DNA from: Schmidtea polychroa
Taxonomy: Eukaryota
Direction: 5' to 3'
Length of the DNA stretch: 64,000 bases
Assembly: GCA_044892525.1 (NCBI GenBank)
Contig: CM097885.1
Span: 15,750,001 to 15,814,000, forward strand
A model generated the notes under the pieces. The model was not told where the DNA came from, did not search any database, and saw nothing but the letters and a program-made list of their open reading frames with translations. Positions 28,126-39,891 of this stretch are shown here, piece by piece. A program made the translations under genes and the position numbers. Within the stretch, counting starts at the first letter, position 1, and the number at the start of each line of letters is the position of its first letter.

Positions 28126-29720
28126 ATGTTGGCAAGCGTATGGGAAATGATGAAGAGGAAAGAATTTGAATTTGATAATGAAATCAGCAGTGAATTGATA
28201 TGCAGAATTTGCACATGTTTAATGATAAAAGCTTGCCATGCTCCTTGCGTTTGTGGCTTTTGTTCTGATTGCATTGAAAATTATTTGGATGGAAAAGATA
28301 AATTCTGTCCAGGAGCAGCAAAACATTGTAGAAAGAAAATGATCAATTTCAATAAAGATGTTTCTGAAGATCATGCAGCTAATTTAAGGATTTCAGAAGT
28401 GGTAGTGAGATTCCCAATGCAAAATTGTCAATTTAAAGATGAATTAGAGGTGATGGAGAGCCACATGAGAACATGCAACAAGCAACCAATAAAATGTTTA
28501 TTCAATAGAATCGGATGCGAAATGAATGAGGTGGTAAAGCATGAAATGAAAGTCCATCTCATTGAGAACACTGAAGGCCATAGCAAATTATTGATTGATC
28601 AGATCAGTAATTTGTGCAATGAGATGCAAGCAATGAGAGACGAGAATGTGACATTGTGTAATGAAATTATCAATATCAATGTAAAATTGTATTTGCAATT
28701 AATTTTATTGATATTTAGGATTGGAGGTGAAATTGTGCAATATTGAAAAGAAAGAGGCTGAAAACAGAGAAGATATAGAAGAATTGAATGAGGAAATGGT
28801 GGCATTGAAGAATGAGAACCGCTCATTGAGAATGGATATGGAGACAAATATTGGATCAATCAATCAGGTTTGATTATTGATTTTATTTGTTATTGATATG
28901 TTATTGATGGAAAGCAGGTCAGACAGCAAATTGAAGTGATTGAATCAAAATGTCAGCAGCAAATTGATGAGATGAAAGAGAAATGCGAGCAGCGGCTGCA
29001 ACAGGTGAATGAAAAGGTGATTTATTGATTTATTGAAATGTTTGAATTTGAGATTCAGTTGCAGCTTGAAATGGCGAAATGTGCCAATGAAATTCGGCGG
29101 AATGAATCAAAATGTCAACAGCAAATTGATGAGATGAAAGAGAAATGCAAGCAGCGGCTGCAACAGGTGAATGGAAAGGTGCTTTATTGGTTTTTTGAAA
29201 TGTTTGAATTTGAGATTCAGTTGCAGTTTGAAATGGCGAAATGCGCTAATGAAATTCGGCAGATTGAAACAAAATTAGCAAATGAAAAATATGTAAATTA
29301 CGGATTTTTTGAATGGGAAATCGATAAATTTTCACAACAAAAGAGAAGTAAAAATATTTACAGCAAAGCGTTTTTTCGGGACCAATCGGTTACAAAATTT
29401 GCTTGTGGGTGCTGATTGATGGTAATTGGGGTATTGGGGCTGGTTTCTGTTTGGTGCGTGGGGCAAATGATGAGCAATTGTATTGGCCGTTCAATCAATC
29501 CGTGACAATCGATGTGATCGATCCAGCAAATGGCAACATTTATATGAGGAAGTCAATGAAATATTCAGATAGCCCTCTTGATGCAGCTGGATGGAGGAAA
29601 CCGTCACACGACAGAAATAATTCAATTGGTATTTATTATTATCCTGATGCCAGCTCAATCTATAAATTAGCAGCCAAAAGTAATAAATTGCTGCTCAGGA
29701 GCAGAATTGAAAAATTATGA
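28126..29720 (+). pseudogene. TRAF copy 3, frameshifted in the MATH domain (~29375), with an internally duplicated coiled-coil exon module
   Basis: Paralogue of copy 2. 1-nt deletion at gcgttttttcgggac. Zinc-ligand loss (VRCP>VRFP). The ~28940-29100 module is repeated at ~29100-29260. Confidence 0.8.
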
Positions 29721-32700
29721 CAAATTTAAAAAAACATTTATATAAAAAATTGATTTATTTTGGGTTTTGATTTGTTTTATTATTTGCCTTTTTATTATAG
29801 CAAATTGCCGATTGCAATATCAATAATATTGCAAAATCAAACATATTTAATATAAATAATTATTTTAATTAAATTAATAATTAATTTGAAATTAAATTTA
29901 TATTCACCCGATTATAAGCGCTGACAAATCGCCTCAACAAATCAAACGCTCCTATGACGAGTGAAACCGACGAGAAAACCGCCGCTGATGTTATATGAGT
30001 TTTGGAGAAATTATTGTTGCATTGAATGGCAGTAAAATGCACTTAAATGCAATACTAAAACTGTTATATCAAATTGATAAATGCCTTAACATTTCACTGG
30101 CTATTTCTGAGGCATTTAAACGGAAATCCGCAACAGCAATGCTGACAAAATGTTCGAAAATTGCTTTCACATCTGTTTGGGTAGTAATTGTATTTGTACT
30201 GAGATCCTTTTTAAGTGCTAGTGACCTGATTTAATATTAAATAATGTAACATTTCATAAATTTATTCACTTTTTCATTCGCTAAATTTTCAAATTAAAAC
30301 AAAAAAAGATTTCATGTAAATTAATATTTAAATTCACAAATTTTGATAAATTTTATGAATGAATTTTACTTATTAACAAACAACGAAATTTATCTTGAAA
30401 TCTTGAAAATATTTTGGAATTATTTGAAAATATTATTCACTTATTTGAAATTATTTTGGAACCTGAATTAATTAGGTACATCAGAAGTTGAAGGTTGTTA
30501 AAGTCAAACTTACAAGTTTTGGGATCAGTGGCTTAACCAATGAGGTGGGTTAAGGGGGTTAAACCTCCCATTGGTTTTTAATTGTACAAATATTTGTCGA
30601 TGTCAAGTGCCTAAAAGATCATCCATCTACATAAGAAAAAAACAAGACACTTACTATATTTTATTGTAAATATAATACTGTGACATATGTCTGTACTTTG
30701 TAGTCTATACTCTCAGTTAAATTTTATTTTGGCTATTTTTTTCTGATGTTCAATACGTATCTCCGTACTTTATGGAGTAAGCGAATGACGTCATTATTAC
30801 AGACACCCCTATCATGAAGGTCTTAGTGCCTTCGACACCCTCAAAAGTCAACGCCTGAAATGATTGACCATATTATTAATAAATATTTCTCAACTCCAAT
30901 CCCCTCACCTTCATAAATTCCTGGTTACGTTGGAATATTAAGAGTTTTGGTTGGCAAATAACTCAGAATTTGGCAAGTATGTTTTTTTAATGTCTTAGTA
31001 ACTGATAGATTTATCATTAGCTCTTACTTAAACGCCTCAATGGATATTTTACATTTTACCATAAATATACCCATGCCAACCACCTTATTTCGAATGTACA
31101 CAGTAGTTGAAAATCATTTAGCAGGTGAGCTCAATTTAGAAAGATGGGTTACGAGTTGGGAGAACAATTTATGCTTATCCTTGCAAATGTAGGCCTTTTC
31201 CTGCCGTTGCTTACACTTTACCGTATTTCATTCGTAACTCCGCATAACTATTGATTTTACCGCTAAATGCCCATCGCAAGCGACACTGGTGTTTTAATTT
31301 AGTTGGTCACCATCAACTAAAGGTGGAACTTTCACAAAAACTGAAAAAGCACACACTTTAATGAAACAACCACAACTCCTTTGCTCTACGCATTGCAATA
31401 TCAGTCTGAACCCTTTGAAGGAATTAATCTCCCTACGGAAGATGTCCGTGTCTGGTACTCTCGATTCGAAAATATATCGTTATCACTAAGTTTAATTCTT
31501 CTTTGCTTGTTCTTTCTAGATTATCTCTTTTCGTTTCTTCGACCTACTGGTGTTTCTGTTTACTTGCAGGTCGCCTTTAAACCCTTCGGGTAATTTGATT
31601 GTCCTTGGCAAATTATTTTGGATCCATTTTTAACGGTGATTGGAAGTCGAATTTTATGAATCAGAGTGAAGGGAAATTTGCAATAGTTGGGGAAAATCGA
31701 ACATAATATTCCAAATACAAATTTATCCTGCATAGTGAAGTGAAATGAGGTATGACATAGAATGGAACCAGATGAGTCAGTAGATAATAGGTTTCAAATA
31801 AAATCCAGTACTTCGTTATGTCGGCTAATGCAATTAATATCAGTGAAATCGTACTAATTCCAAACGAAGATCGAATATTGCTCCTGCCGGGCTGGAAACC
31901 GAGGTAATCAAAAAACTTTTGTAAATTTAAATTTTCTATAAATTAATTAAAGATAACCCTGTATTAACATAAATTGAGGTAATCAACCAAATGTAAGGAA
32001 AATAAAGAATAAAATAGAGGAAAAATAATAGAATAAATCAAAAATTAAAACAAGTCACTAAAATAAAATAAATAATAAACAAGTCGCAAACAGACAAAAG
32101 TACATAACCATATCCGACAAGCAAAGAAAAAATAATTAGAAAGAATAAAAATAAATACCAGAAAAACAAAATATTACTAAACGAATAAATTATAATCAAA
32201 AAACAAAGAATAAAATACTAAATCAGGATCCAATAAAAAGCAGGAGAAAATGTGAAAATTAAATTATTTAATAAATTATCAAAAGAAAAAGATAAATAAC
32301 CTGGAAAAAGAACTTAAAAATAAGAAAAAACACAACTTCACACAACAGCTGGATCCTGATTAGACAAAAATTACTATATAACGAAAACACTTTATTGATT
32401 CCTTCAGTTCTAACAAACTTCATACAGGAACCAATTCAGCATCACTCTCATTGATCTATTACTTGATTCTTATATTATATCGCAGCAAATTTTAAGAATT
32501 TTTATCAACCAGACAGGAAAAGAGAAATGTAAATTTTCGTTTATTATTTATGTACAAGTAGCATTATAATTTATTTGGATAAATATTATGATAGTTTTTA
32601 AATGTCTCACTTTTATCTTCACAATACGAATTTTTATGTTGAGATCCAGCGATGACACCGTTCTACGATTATGAGGGTTAGAATGCGAAAAGCCGAACCG

Positions 32701-34454
32701 GAATGACTGAGGAAAATTAAGAGCATACATTGATTCCACCAGTGAGGAGAAGAGGAGAATGCATAAGTAGGAGAGAGAAATTCGGAAGGATTATATTGAG
32801 TCACAGGATTCACGTCAAATAGAAATCAAGGACAGATAATATCGAGGCTGGTAGGAGATTGCAGATTGCAGATCGGCAAGCTAAGGAATTACTCCACAAA
32901 TGCGATGAGATAGGAATTGATTGTACGAATTACGACAACTTGGGAATGGAATCATTAGAGGAAACGGAGTATGAGATGTATGGGTAGGTTGAGTAGCAAT
33001 GGTCGACAAATGAGGAATGAATTGTTATTGAGGTAGGAAGGAGTGTGAGGTATAATTTCCATTCTGAGAAGGGTGTAATCGCTGAATTCTAGAGTCGATT
33101 CGATTTATTTTAATTATTCCTGAATTTGAGAGTTGATTGAATTTATTATGATTATTCATCTATAAAGATATAGTATGACCCGTTTCTGAGGGTCGTTTGG
33201 CAATTGCTGACACTTGTGTCGGTAGTTACCAGATGATTTTCACAGATGGCGAAAATGACCAAATCGTGTAAATAGAGTTGATTTTTCGTTGAGTGGTAAC
33301 TCTCCACGGTAGTAATGGGCTCAATTCGCGGATTCGAATAAGAATAAATACTTCTACCTTTCAACCGGCTACTACGAAAATTAGTCCCGTAATTGAAATC
33401 ACAATACCGTTATCACATTCGATTTTCTGTTATAGGCACTTATATGAACCTAACATCAGTTGAGAAAGCTTTGACATTTCAATCAGTGAATGCCACTTTT
33501 AAGCGTTTGATTTCTTTCACTTCGATAGGTCAAGTTTCTTCGACAGTCCGTTAGCATCAACAATTGCGAGAATTTCACGGTGATAGAATAGGCATTGGAA
33601 TCCTTATCTGTAGGACAACATCCGGTGTACACAACACTCCACAAAATTTCACCTTGGCAGACTTGTAGGATCTAAGTTTCTTGCTATCATAAACATTCAT
33701 AAACAGGAAGTCGACAATTCGTCTCGATAAATCTGACACACATAAACAATCAAAGTGAAGTTACGAGACATGACAGACAAATAGTCGAACCCAAGAATTC
33801 CTACTGAAACGGCTGCTTTGAATTAATCATAAACCCATCAGGTTAGTTTACTTTAATTGTCTAAGGCAAGGGTGGCCAACAATTGCATTACATACCCATT
33901 ATTCCCCCTTAGACTACCCCTATGACAATAAGTCGATATCGACACACTCTTAAGAAAAAAATTAGATCTTTTATACAGAAAAGCTGGACACCGCTGGTTT
34001 AAGTGATTTACTACGACCGCAGTACATGTCAAGTATATAAATATAACATAAACATGCAATTTCACAAGATAGACAAATAAATTGACTAAATTAATTAAAG
34101 TAAATGCGTGAGAAAAATGTTTTTCGTTATTAAAACATATCGAGATGAGAAAGAATAGTCACAAACATCATAAAGGTGTGGCGACGTTTTATCCAAGGGA
34201 AGAAACTGCCCAAAATTTTCTTACACCGGTTTTGTTTTCGAAGTAATTAAAATTTCTGTCCACGGACCCCTTGTCCAAATTCCACCTTGGCAGACTTGTA
34301 GGACATTGTAGTCGGCTTCCCATCGTAAAATTTGGTCCCCAAAAGCAACTTCCGAGATTTTTTAAATTAAATTTTAATGGATTTTTAAATTTTTTTAAAA
34401 TAAATGAATTGAAATAAATTTCTTTAATTTGAATCTGTTTACTATTTCATAAAT

Positions 34455-34480
34455 GGTGCAGCACCGGGTACCCCAGCTAG
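34455..34480 (+). mobile_element. Helitron-type 3' terminus (degenerate)
   Basis: GGTGC-A-GCACC hairpin, CGGGTA, then CTAG|T; same layout as 12764-12791. Confidence 0.45.
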
Positions 34481-35240
34481 TAATTAATATAATATGTTTG
34501 ATGGGCCTGCATTGAATGTATAAAGTTGCCAGCAATGCTTATATTTTGAACGACGATAATTTAAACAAAAAGAAAATCCCATAAATTTAAAGATATATTT
34601 ATGACATGTTAAAAGCTTTAGTTAATTTAAATATAAAATTATTTCAATCAATTGTTACAGTCGGAATTCAGTTCAACAATATCAAAAAGAATAAAGTGCA
34701 GACGGTACAAACGCGTGTCACTATCTTATCATTTTACGCCTTTATTGACACTCCTGGCTAAGGAATTTATATTTGGGAAAAAGATGAAAGTATGAAACTA
34801 TTTCTATTTTGGGACAGAATTTAGGAACCAAGTTGGTTTTAATATAATAATTATCCAGCAAAGGTGAAATAAAAGAACCTAGACAATTATAGGCAATGCG
34901 TGACGTTAAACAAACAACAAATTAAAAATATTTACCATTTCAAAGACATTGGTTATTTCGAAATACAATTCATCATTTCTACTATCCTTTTCTTCGGTAA
35001 TGGAGATCTCTTCAAACTGACCATCAAGGTCCAGCAATTCCTGAGGGGATGCAGCATAATTCGGTACATCATCTGTCATAATAGAAAACGATTCAATTAA
35101 TAAAAATATATTTACCTATTTATATAGCATAGTTGTAGTGGACTATTTCTGGCATTGTGACAAATTCAATGTTGAAATTCAATTCTTTGAGTTCCAATTT
35201 TAATAGATCCTGGGGGATAAATAAAAAAAACAAAATATCA

Positions 35241-35303
<63 letters not shown>

Positions 35304-35514
35304 GTTTCGACCAGTCAGAGGGGAATATTGTTGGTGTGCGCACACAGACGCGAGCAATGGATTGTTGTTTGGAAGTAGGTTTTGATGTAATTTTTTATTG
35401 AATTGATTTTTGATGTATTTTAATTAGAAATTCGAGATTTGAATGGATTGTTTTGTGGTTTAAAAAAGGTAAAATTCTGGAAGGGAGGAAACCAGTTTTG
35501 TTTATTGAAATAAG

Positions 35515-35674
35515 TTTTGGAATCGAAATGTTTGAAGAAGAAGATGTTGATTACAAATTTATTAAAGCTTATGATGTTCCAAACCAAGATCTTATTTCTT
35601 ATTTCGATGAAACCCGTGAATTCATTGAAAATGGCAGAAAATTTGGTGGAGTATTGGTTCACTGTCTTGCTGGA
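35515..35674 (+). pseudogene. Atypical dual-specificity phosphatase exon (DUSP19/DUSP12-like), interrupted at the P-loop
   Basis: YKFIKAYDVPNQDLISYFDETREFIENGRKFGGVLVHCLAG matches the DSP fold up to HCxAG. The expected xSRS is replaced by AGTAGT... Confidence 0.75.
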
Positions 35675-36290
35675 AGTAGTGTGGTTATATACCCAACCAA
35701 AACAGCCCTCCCAACAAAACATGCCTCCAAATCACTTAAGCTATTAGAAAAACAACCTAAAACTTATACTTTTATAGTATTTTAACCCTATATTTTGAAA
35801 ACAACCACCTTTAATGACTCTAACTGTTTTAATCTTTAAAGCCTCAAACTCAAAAGCTTCAAACTAAAAACATAAAGAGAATAGAAAAGAAAATGGTATT
35901 ATGAAAAAGTTAGAAGGCTACTTGAGGATGCCAACTAGCAAGTTGCTAATTGGCTAATTAAAAAAAATAAATGAAATCTTAATCTTGATGTCTTGAAGAA
36001 TAAAAAATTTTATGAAAATAGTAAAACTGCTCTGAGAGGACAGTTGTATTTTTTTTTTCACTGTCCTCTCAACAGTTTTTTTGATCCGGATCATTTTTTT
36101 TTCTATTCAACCTCTTTCGTTTATCAAATCTCTTCCAATATACAAGCTGGCCAGGCTCATAATCAGAATCAATTCGATAATAGCAGCACACCTTATTATT
36201 AGCTTCTCGCTCGAATACGATTTCATCGGCGTTTTAAGTGTGCTGCTCGAAAGTACAAATGAATTCGAAAGCGAATCCGAAAGAGGTCCG

Positions 36291-36384
36291 AAAACAACCG
36301 AGAAATAAATGTGCACATTATGGGATCGATCCGGGTGTGTTCGAAAGACTGGTGGCGATAATTACCGGTTCGCCACCACACCCG
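36291..36384 (-). ncRNA. Putative Pol III small RNA 3 (structured, box A/box B-like)
   Basis: Minus strand: box A-like TGGCGAACCGG (36375-36365), box B-like GGATCGATCCC (36332-36322). Stems CGGGTGTG/CACACCCG and GTGGCGA/TCGCCAC. First T4 run at 36294-36291. Confidence 0.4.
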
Positions 36385-36544
36385 TTTCAATATTTTTTTT
36401 TTCATATTTATGTTTAAAAAATAATTAATTAATAAAAAAATAAAATAAAATAAAATATACAAGTACTTTATAAATATAAGATACCCACACTATTTTCAAT
36501 ATTATTTTCAAATTTTTAATATTATTTTATGTTGAAAAAAAACT

Positions 36545-36618
36545 AACCTCAGATGTGATTTGAACCACTATCCATTTGAACCACTGTGCCAGTCTATTCC
36601 CACTGCGCCATCAAGGTT
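36545..36618 (-). ncRNA. tRNA-like Pol III small RNA copy 1 (74 nt, not a canonical cloverleaf)
   Basis: Box A TGGCGCAGTGG, two GGTTCAAA box-B motifs, terminal stem AACCTTG/TGAGGTT, T8 terminator 2 nt downstream, TATAAATT about 30 nt upstream. Confidence 0.6.
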
Positions 36619-36777
36619 TGAAATTTTGTCATTTTTTAAATTTTTAATTTATAAAAAAATAAAATAAAATAAAATAAATAAAATAAAATATACAAGTACT
36701 TTATAAATATAAGATACCCACACTATTTTCAATATTATTTTCAAATTTTTAATATTATTTTATGTTGAAAAAAAACT

Positions 36778-36850
36778 AACCTCAGATGTGATTTGAACCG
36801 CTAGCATTTTGAACCACTGTGTCAGTCTAGCCCACTGCGCCATCAAGGTT
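36778..36850 (-). ncRNA. tRNA-like Pol III small RNA copy 2 (73 nt)
   Basis: AACCTTGATGGCGCAGTGGGCTAGACTGACACAGTGGTTCAAAATGCTAGCGGTTCAAATCACATCTGAGGTT followed by AG-T8. Part of a ~233-bp tandem duplication with copy 1. Confidence 0.6.
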
Positions 36851-37091
36851 TGGATTTTTTGTCATTTTTTAAAATAATCGATTCAAGTTCTTTTATTCTT
36901 TCCTGTAATTGTTTTATTTTATCTAATCTTTTCTCAGCTACTTCTACTGCATTCATGTAAAAATGTCGATACTTTTCATTCTCTACCACCAACTCTTTAA
37001 TGTATTCTAATGGTTCTTCTTCTCTTCTTTTCATTCTCTTAAGTTTAACGTCATTCAATTCATTTCTCATTCTTTCAATAAAGTCAATCAT
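36843..37091 (-). CDS. Polinton small coiled-coil protein (82 aa), unknown function
   Basis: Clean ORF with AAAAATG start and a charged helical sequence. Its stop codon overlaps the 5' end of tRNA-like copy 2. Confidence 0.55.
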   Translation of the reverse strand: MIDFIERMRNELNDVKLKRMKRREEEPLEYIKELVVENEKYRHFYMNAVEVAEKRLDKIKQLQERIKELESIILKNDKKSKP

Positions 37092-37176
37092 TTTTATAAA
37101 TTATTTTTTTATTGAATTCCCTTTTATTTTTATTTTTTTTTTCAACTTTTATTTTTATCAACTTTTATATATAAAA

Positions 37177-38447
37177 ATGAATAATATAAATCTTAAAATT
37201 CAAGAAAAAAATAAATTAAATCTTGATTATAATAAAGAATTTACTCATGAAATCAAGAAAAATGATGTACTTAAAATCTCTCCAACTTCAGGATCTATTG
37301 CAAACTTAAATCGTAGGGGTGATATAGTTTTTCAATCTCTTCAAACATCAAACCCAATAGATATTTGTAATGCCAAATTATATTACAAAGTAGAATTAGA
37401 AATTGAAGCAAACAAAGATATAACCCTAGAAAATAATTTCTTTCCAAATTTATTCTCCAACATGAGATTAAAACTAGGATCATCAGAAATTGAAACTGTT
37501 TTACATCCAGGAGTATATTCTACAATGTTAAATTTTATTTTGACTGGTTGTGATTATAAAAATGAATATGGTGAATTAACAGGTTGGATTCCTGACACTA
37601 ATAAAGGGGATTTAGATAAAGATGGTTTAGATGTAAACCATGGTTACCATAAAAGAGCTGAACTTTATAAATCTAAAAAATTTGAAGGTTATTTTGAATT
37701 AAAACACTTGTTTGGATTCCTTCAAAACTATAATCGTATACTTCATAATGTTTTTATAGAATTCATCTGTAATAGAGTAGAAGGTGATAAAAGATTGTTC
37801 TATGGAGCTGTAGATACAAAAGCTAAATTAAAATTATCAACACTTGAATTACATATACCTGAATGGACATTAAACCCACATTCTGAAATCAAACTCCTTG
37901 AAAGATTAAATTCCAACAAGTCTATAAATGTAAATTATTTAAATAGAATCTGTAGTGAATTTAGTATGACAGAGGGTTCAACATATTCTACCGACCAAGA
38001 TATATCTTGATTGGATTCAAAGAAACAGATTCATCTTTCCAAAAAAATATCAATCTATTTATTCAAAAGATTGGAGATGATAATTTAAAAACAATCCAAA
38101 TTCAATTAAATAGTTCTTATTATCCAATAAATAGAATGGAATTTAATATTGAAAATAATGAAAACATATTCCCATATCTAAATTATATTGAAACATGTTA
38201 TGATTTCAAAGTTGAACCGCAATTAAGTTTAGAAGATTTCAAAAATTTATATTCTATATTTTGTATAAATGTATCAGACCAAGATGATCGATTAGCCATA
38301 AATAATGTTGATGTTACACTTCATGTAACAAAGGATTCTAATTTTAAAGCTAAAGTATATACATTAATATTAGAAGAAAAGAAAATAGAAATGAAATTAT
38401 ATGGTGGAAAGATTTCAATTATTGAAAATGTTAGGGGAGATTCTTAA
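37177..38447 (+). pseudogene. Polinton major capsid protein (double jelly-roll), frameshifted near 37990
   Basis: Likely start MNNINLKIQ at 37177. NNFFPNLFSNMRLKLGSSEIE, LKHLFGFLQNYNRIL. The conserved RPRYILIGF motif lies in the second frame, followed by LNSSYYP and FKNLYSIFCINVS. Confidence 0.8.
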
Positions 38448-38464
38448 TATTTTAACATTTTAAA

Positions 38465-39880
38465 ATGTCTTTAAATAAACCCTATTGGAGATGTGAAACT
38501 TGTAATTGTCAAGTTACAAGACATCATAAAGCAAGTCGTCTTAAAACTAAAAAACATACAGTAGGTGACCTAATTCCACGAGCTGGAGGCGATTTGCAAT
38601 CTTCAAAAACAACATCTTCAATATTAAAACCTTTTACTACAGAAAAATATCCAGGTGAAAGACATTTATTTAAACACAACTATACTGGACCAGGAACACG
38701 TCTAGATATTAGATTAGATGAAAATAATAATCCCAAACAAGGAGAAGAACCAATAAATAGAATTGATCAAGCAGCTTTAAAACATGACATTGCATACAAT
38801 TCAACAAATCTTAGAGATAGACATGTTGCAGATGTGAATTTAATACATGATTTAAATAGTATCCAAAATCCATCAACCCAAGAAAAGATTCAAAGAGCTC
38901 TAGTTAAATTAGCAATGAAAGGTAAGATTTTCATAGGCTTAGGACACAGTCCGATCACCATGGGTGCAAGACTTCCTAGGAAAGCAAAAGATGTTGCTAA
39001 TAAAAAGATTATTGAACAAGCAGATGCTGAAAGATCTCTCGAGAATATATCCAAGACTAGTTTATTAACCCCAACAGAATCACAAATAAAATATGCCAAC
39101 GAATTACACCATGAATTTAGAAAATATAAAAAATATTTAAAAGTTCAAGTACATGAAAAAGCTCAAACATGGTCTGCAGATTTAGTCTTTATGCCAACCA
39201 AATCATCAGACCCTGAAAAATATAAAATAATTTTAACTGTAATAGATTTATATACAAGATTTGCTTTTGCAAGACGTTTAGAAAATAAAACAGGATATTC
39301 TATTACAGAAGCATTTGAAAATATATTTGAAGAAAATCAAAGAATCCCAAAATATTTATGGTGTGATAAAGGAACAGAATTTTATAACAAAGTTTTTACA
39401 AAGTTTTTAAATGAAAATGATATTAAATTATATTCAACAGAAAACGAAGGAAAAGCAGTCGTAGTTGAAAGATTAAATAGAACATTAAAAAATAAAATGT
39501 GGAAATATTTTACTGCTATTGGAAAACAAAAATGGAACAATGAATTGTTACAAAAGATTGTAAATGAATATAATAATGATGTACATAGTTCTATAAAATT
39601 AACACCTTTAAATGCTTCCATGAAGCCTGAAACCATTAAAGTGGTAAATATTGAAAATGATGTTATTGAAAAACCAAAGTTTAAAATTGGTGACCGAGTA
39701 AGAATATTTAAATATAAAAATAAATTTGAAAAAGGATTCACAGCAAAATGGACAAATGAAATTTTTATTATAAATAAAATACATTATACAACTCCAATAA
39801 CATATAGCATCTTTGATTTAAATAATGAAAAAATATTAGGTAGATTTTATAATAATGAACTACAGAAAACAGATTTTTAA
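38465..39880 (+). CDS. Zinc finger-like + parvovirus-type phospholipase A2 + retroviral-like (rve) integrase fusion
   Basis: CETC..H; HNYTGPGT...DQAALKHDIAY (PLA2 Ca-loop and catalytic HD); WSADL, LWCDKGTEF and VERLNRTLK (DDE). No C-terminal chromodomain seen. Confidence 0.9.
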   Translation: MSLNKPYWRCETCNCQVTRHHKASRLKTKKHTVGDLIPRAGGDLQSSKTTSSILKPFTTEKYPGERHLFKHNYTGPGTRLDIRLDENNNPKQGEEPINRIDQAALKHDIAYNSTNLRDRHVADVNLIHDLNSIQNPSTQEKIQRALVKLAMKGKIFIGLGHSPITMGARLPRKAKDVANKKIIEQADAERSLENISKTSLLTPTESQIKYANELHHEFRKYKKYLKVQVHEKAQTWSADLVFMPTKSSDPEKYKIILTVIDLYTRFAFARRLENKTGYSITEAFENIFEENQRIPKYLWCDKGTEFYNKVFTKFLNENDIKLYSTENEGKAVVVERLNRTLKNKMWKYFTAIGKQKWNNELLQKIVNEYNNDVHSSIKLTPLNASMKPETIKVVNIENDVIEKPKFKIGDRVRIFKYKNKFEKGFTAKWTNEIFIINKIHYTTPITYSIFDLNNEKILGRFYNNELQKTDF

Positions 39881-39891
39881 GTCGACAAGCC

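Noticed and set aside
36545..36850. Canonical tRNA genes
   Set aside because: No proper anticodon arm or T-stem; reported as tRNA-like ncRNA instead.
37000..37176. Hydrophobic N-terminal extension of the capsid ORF
   Set aside because: T-rich intergenic and antisense sequence; the likely start is ATG 37177.
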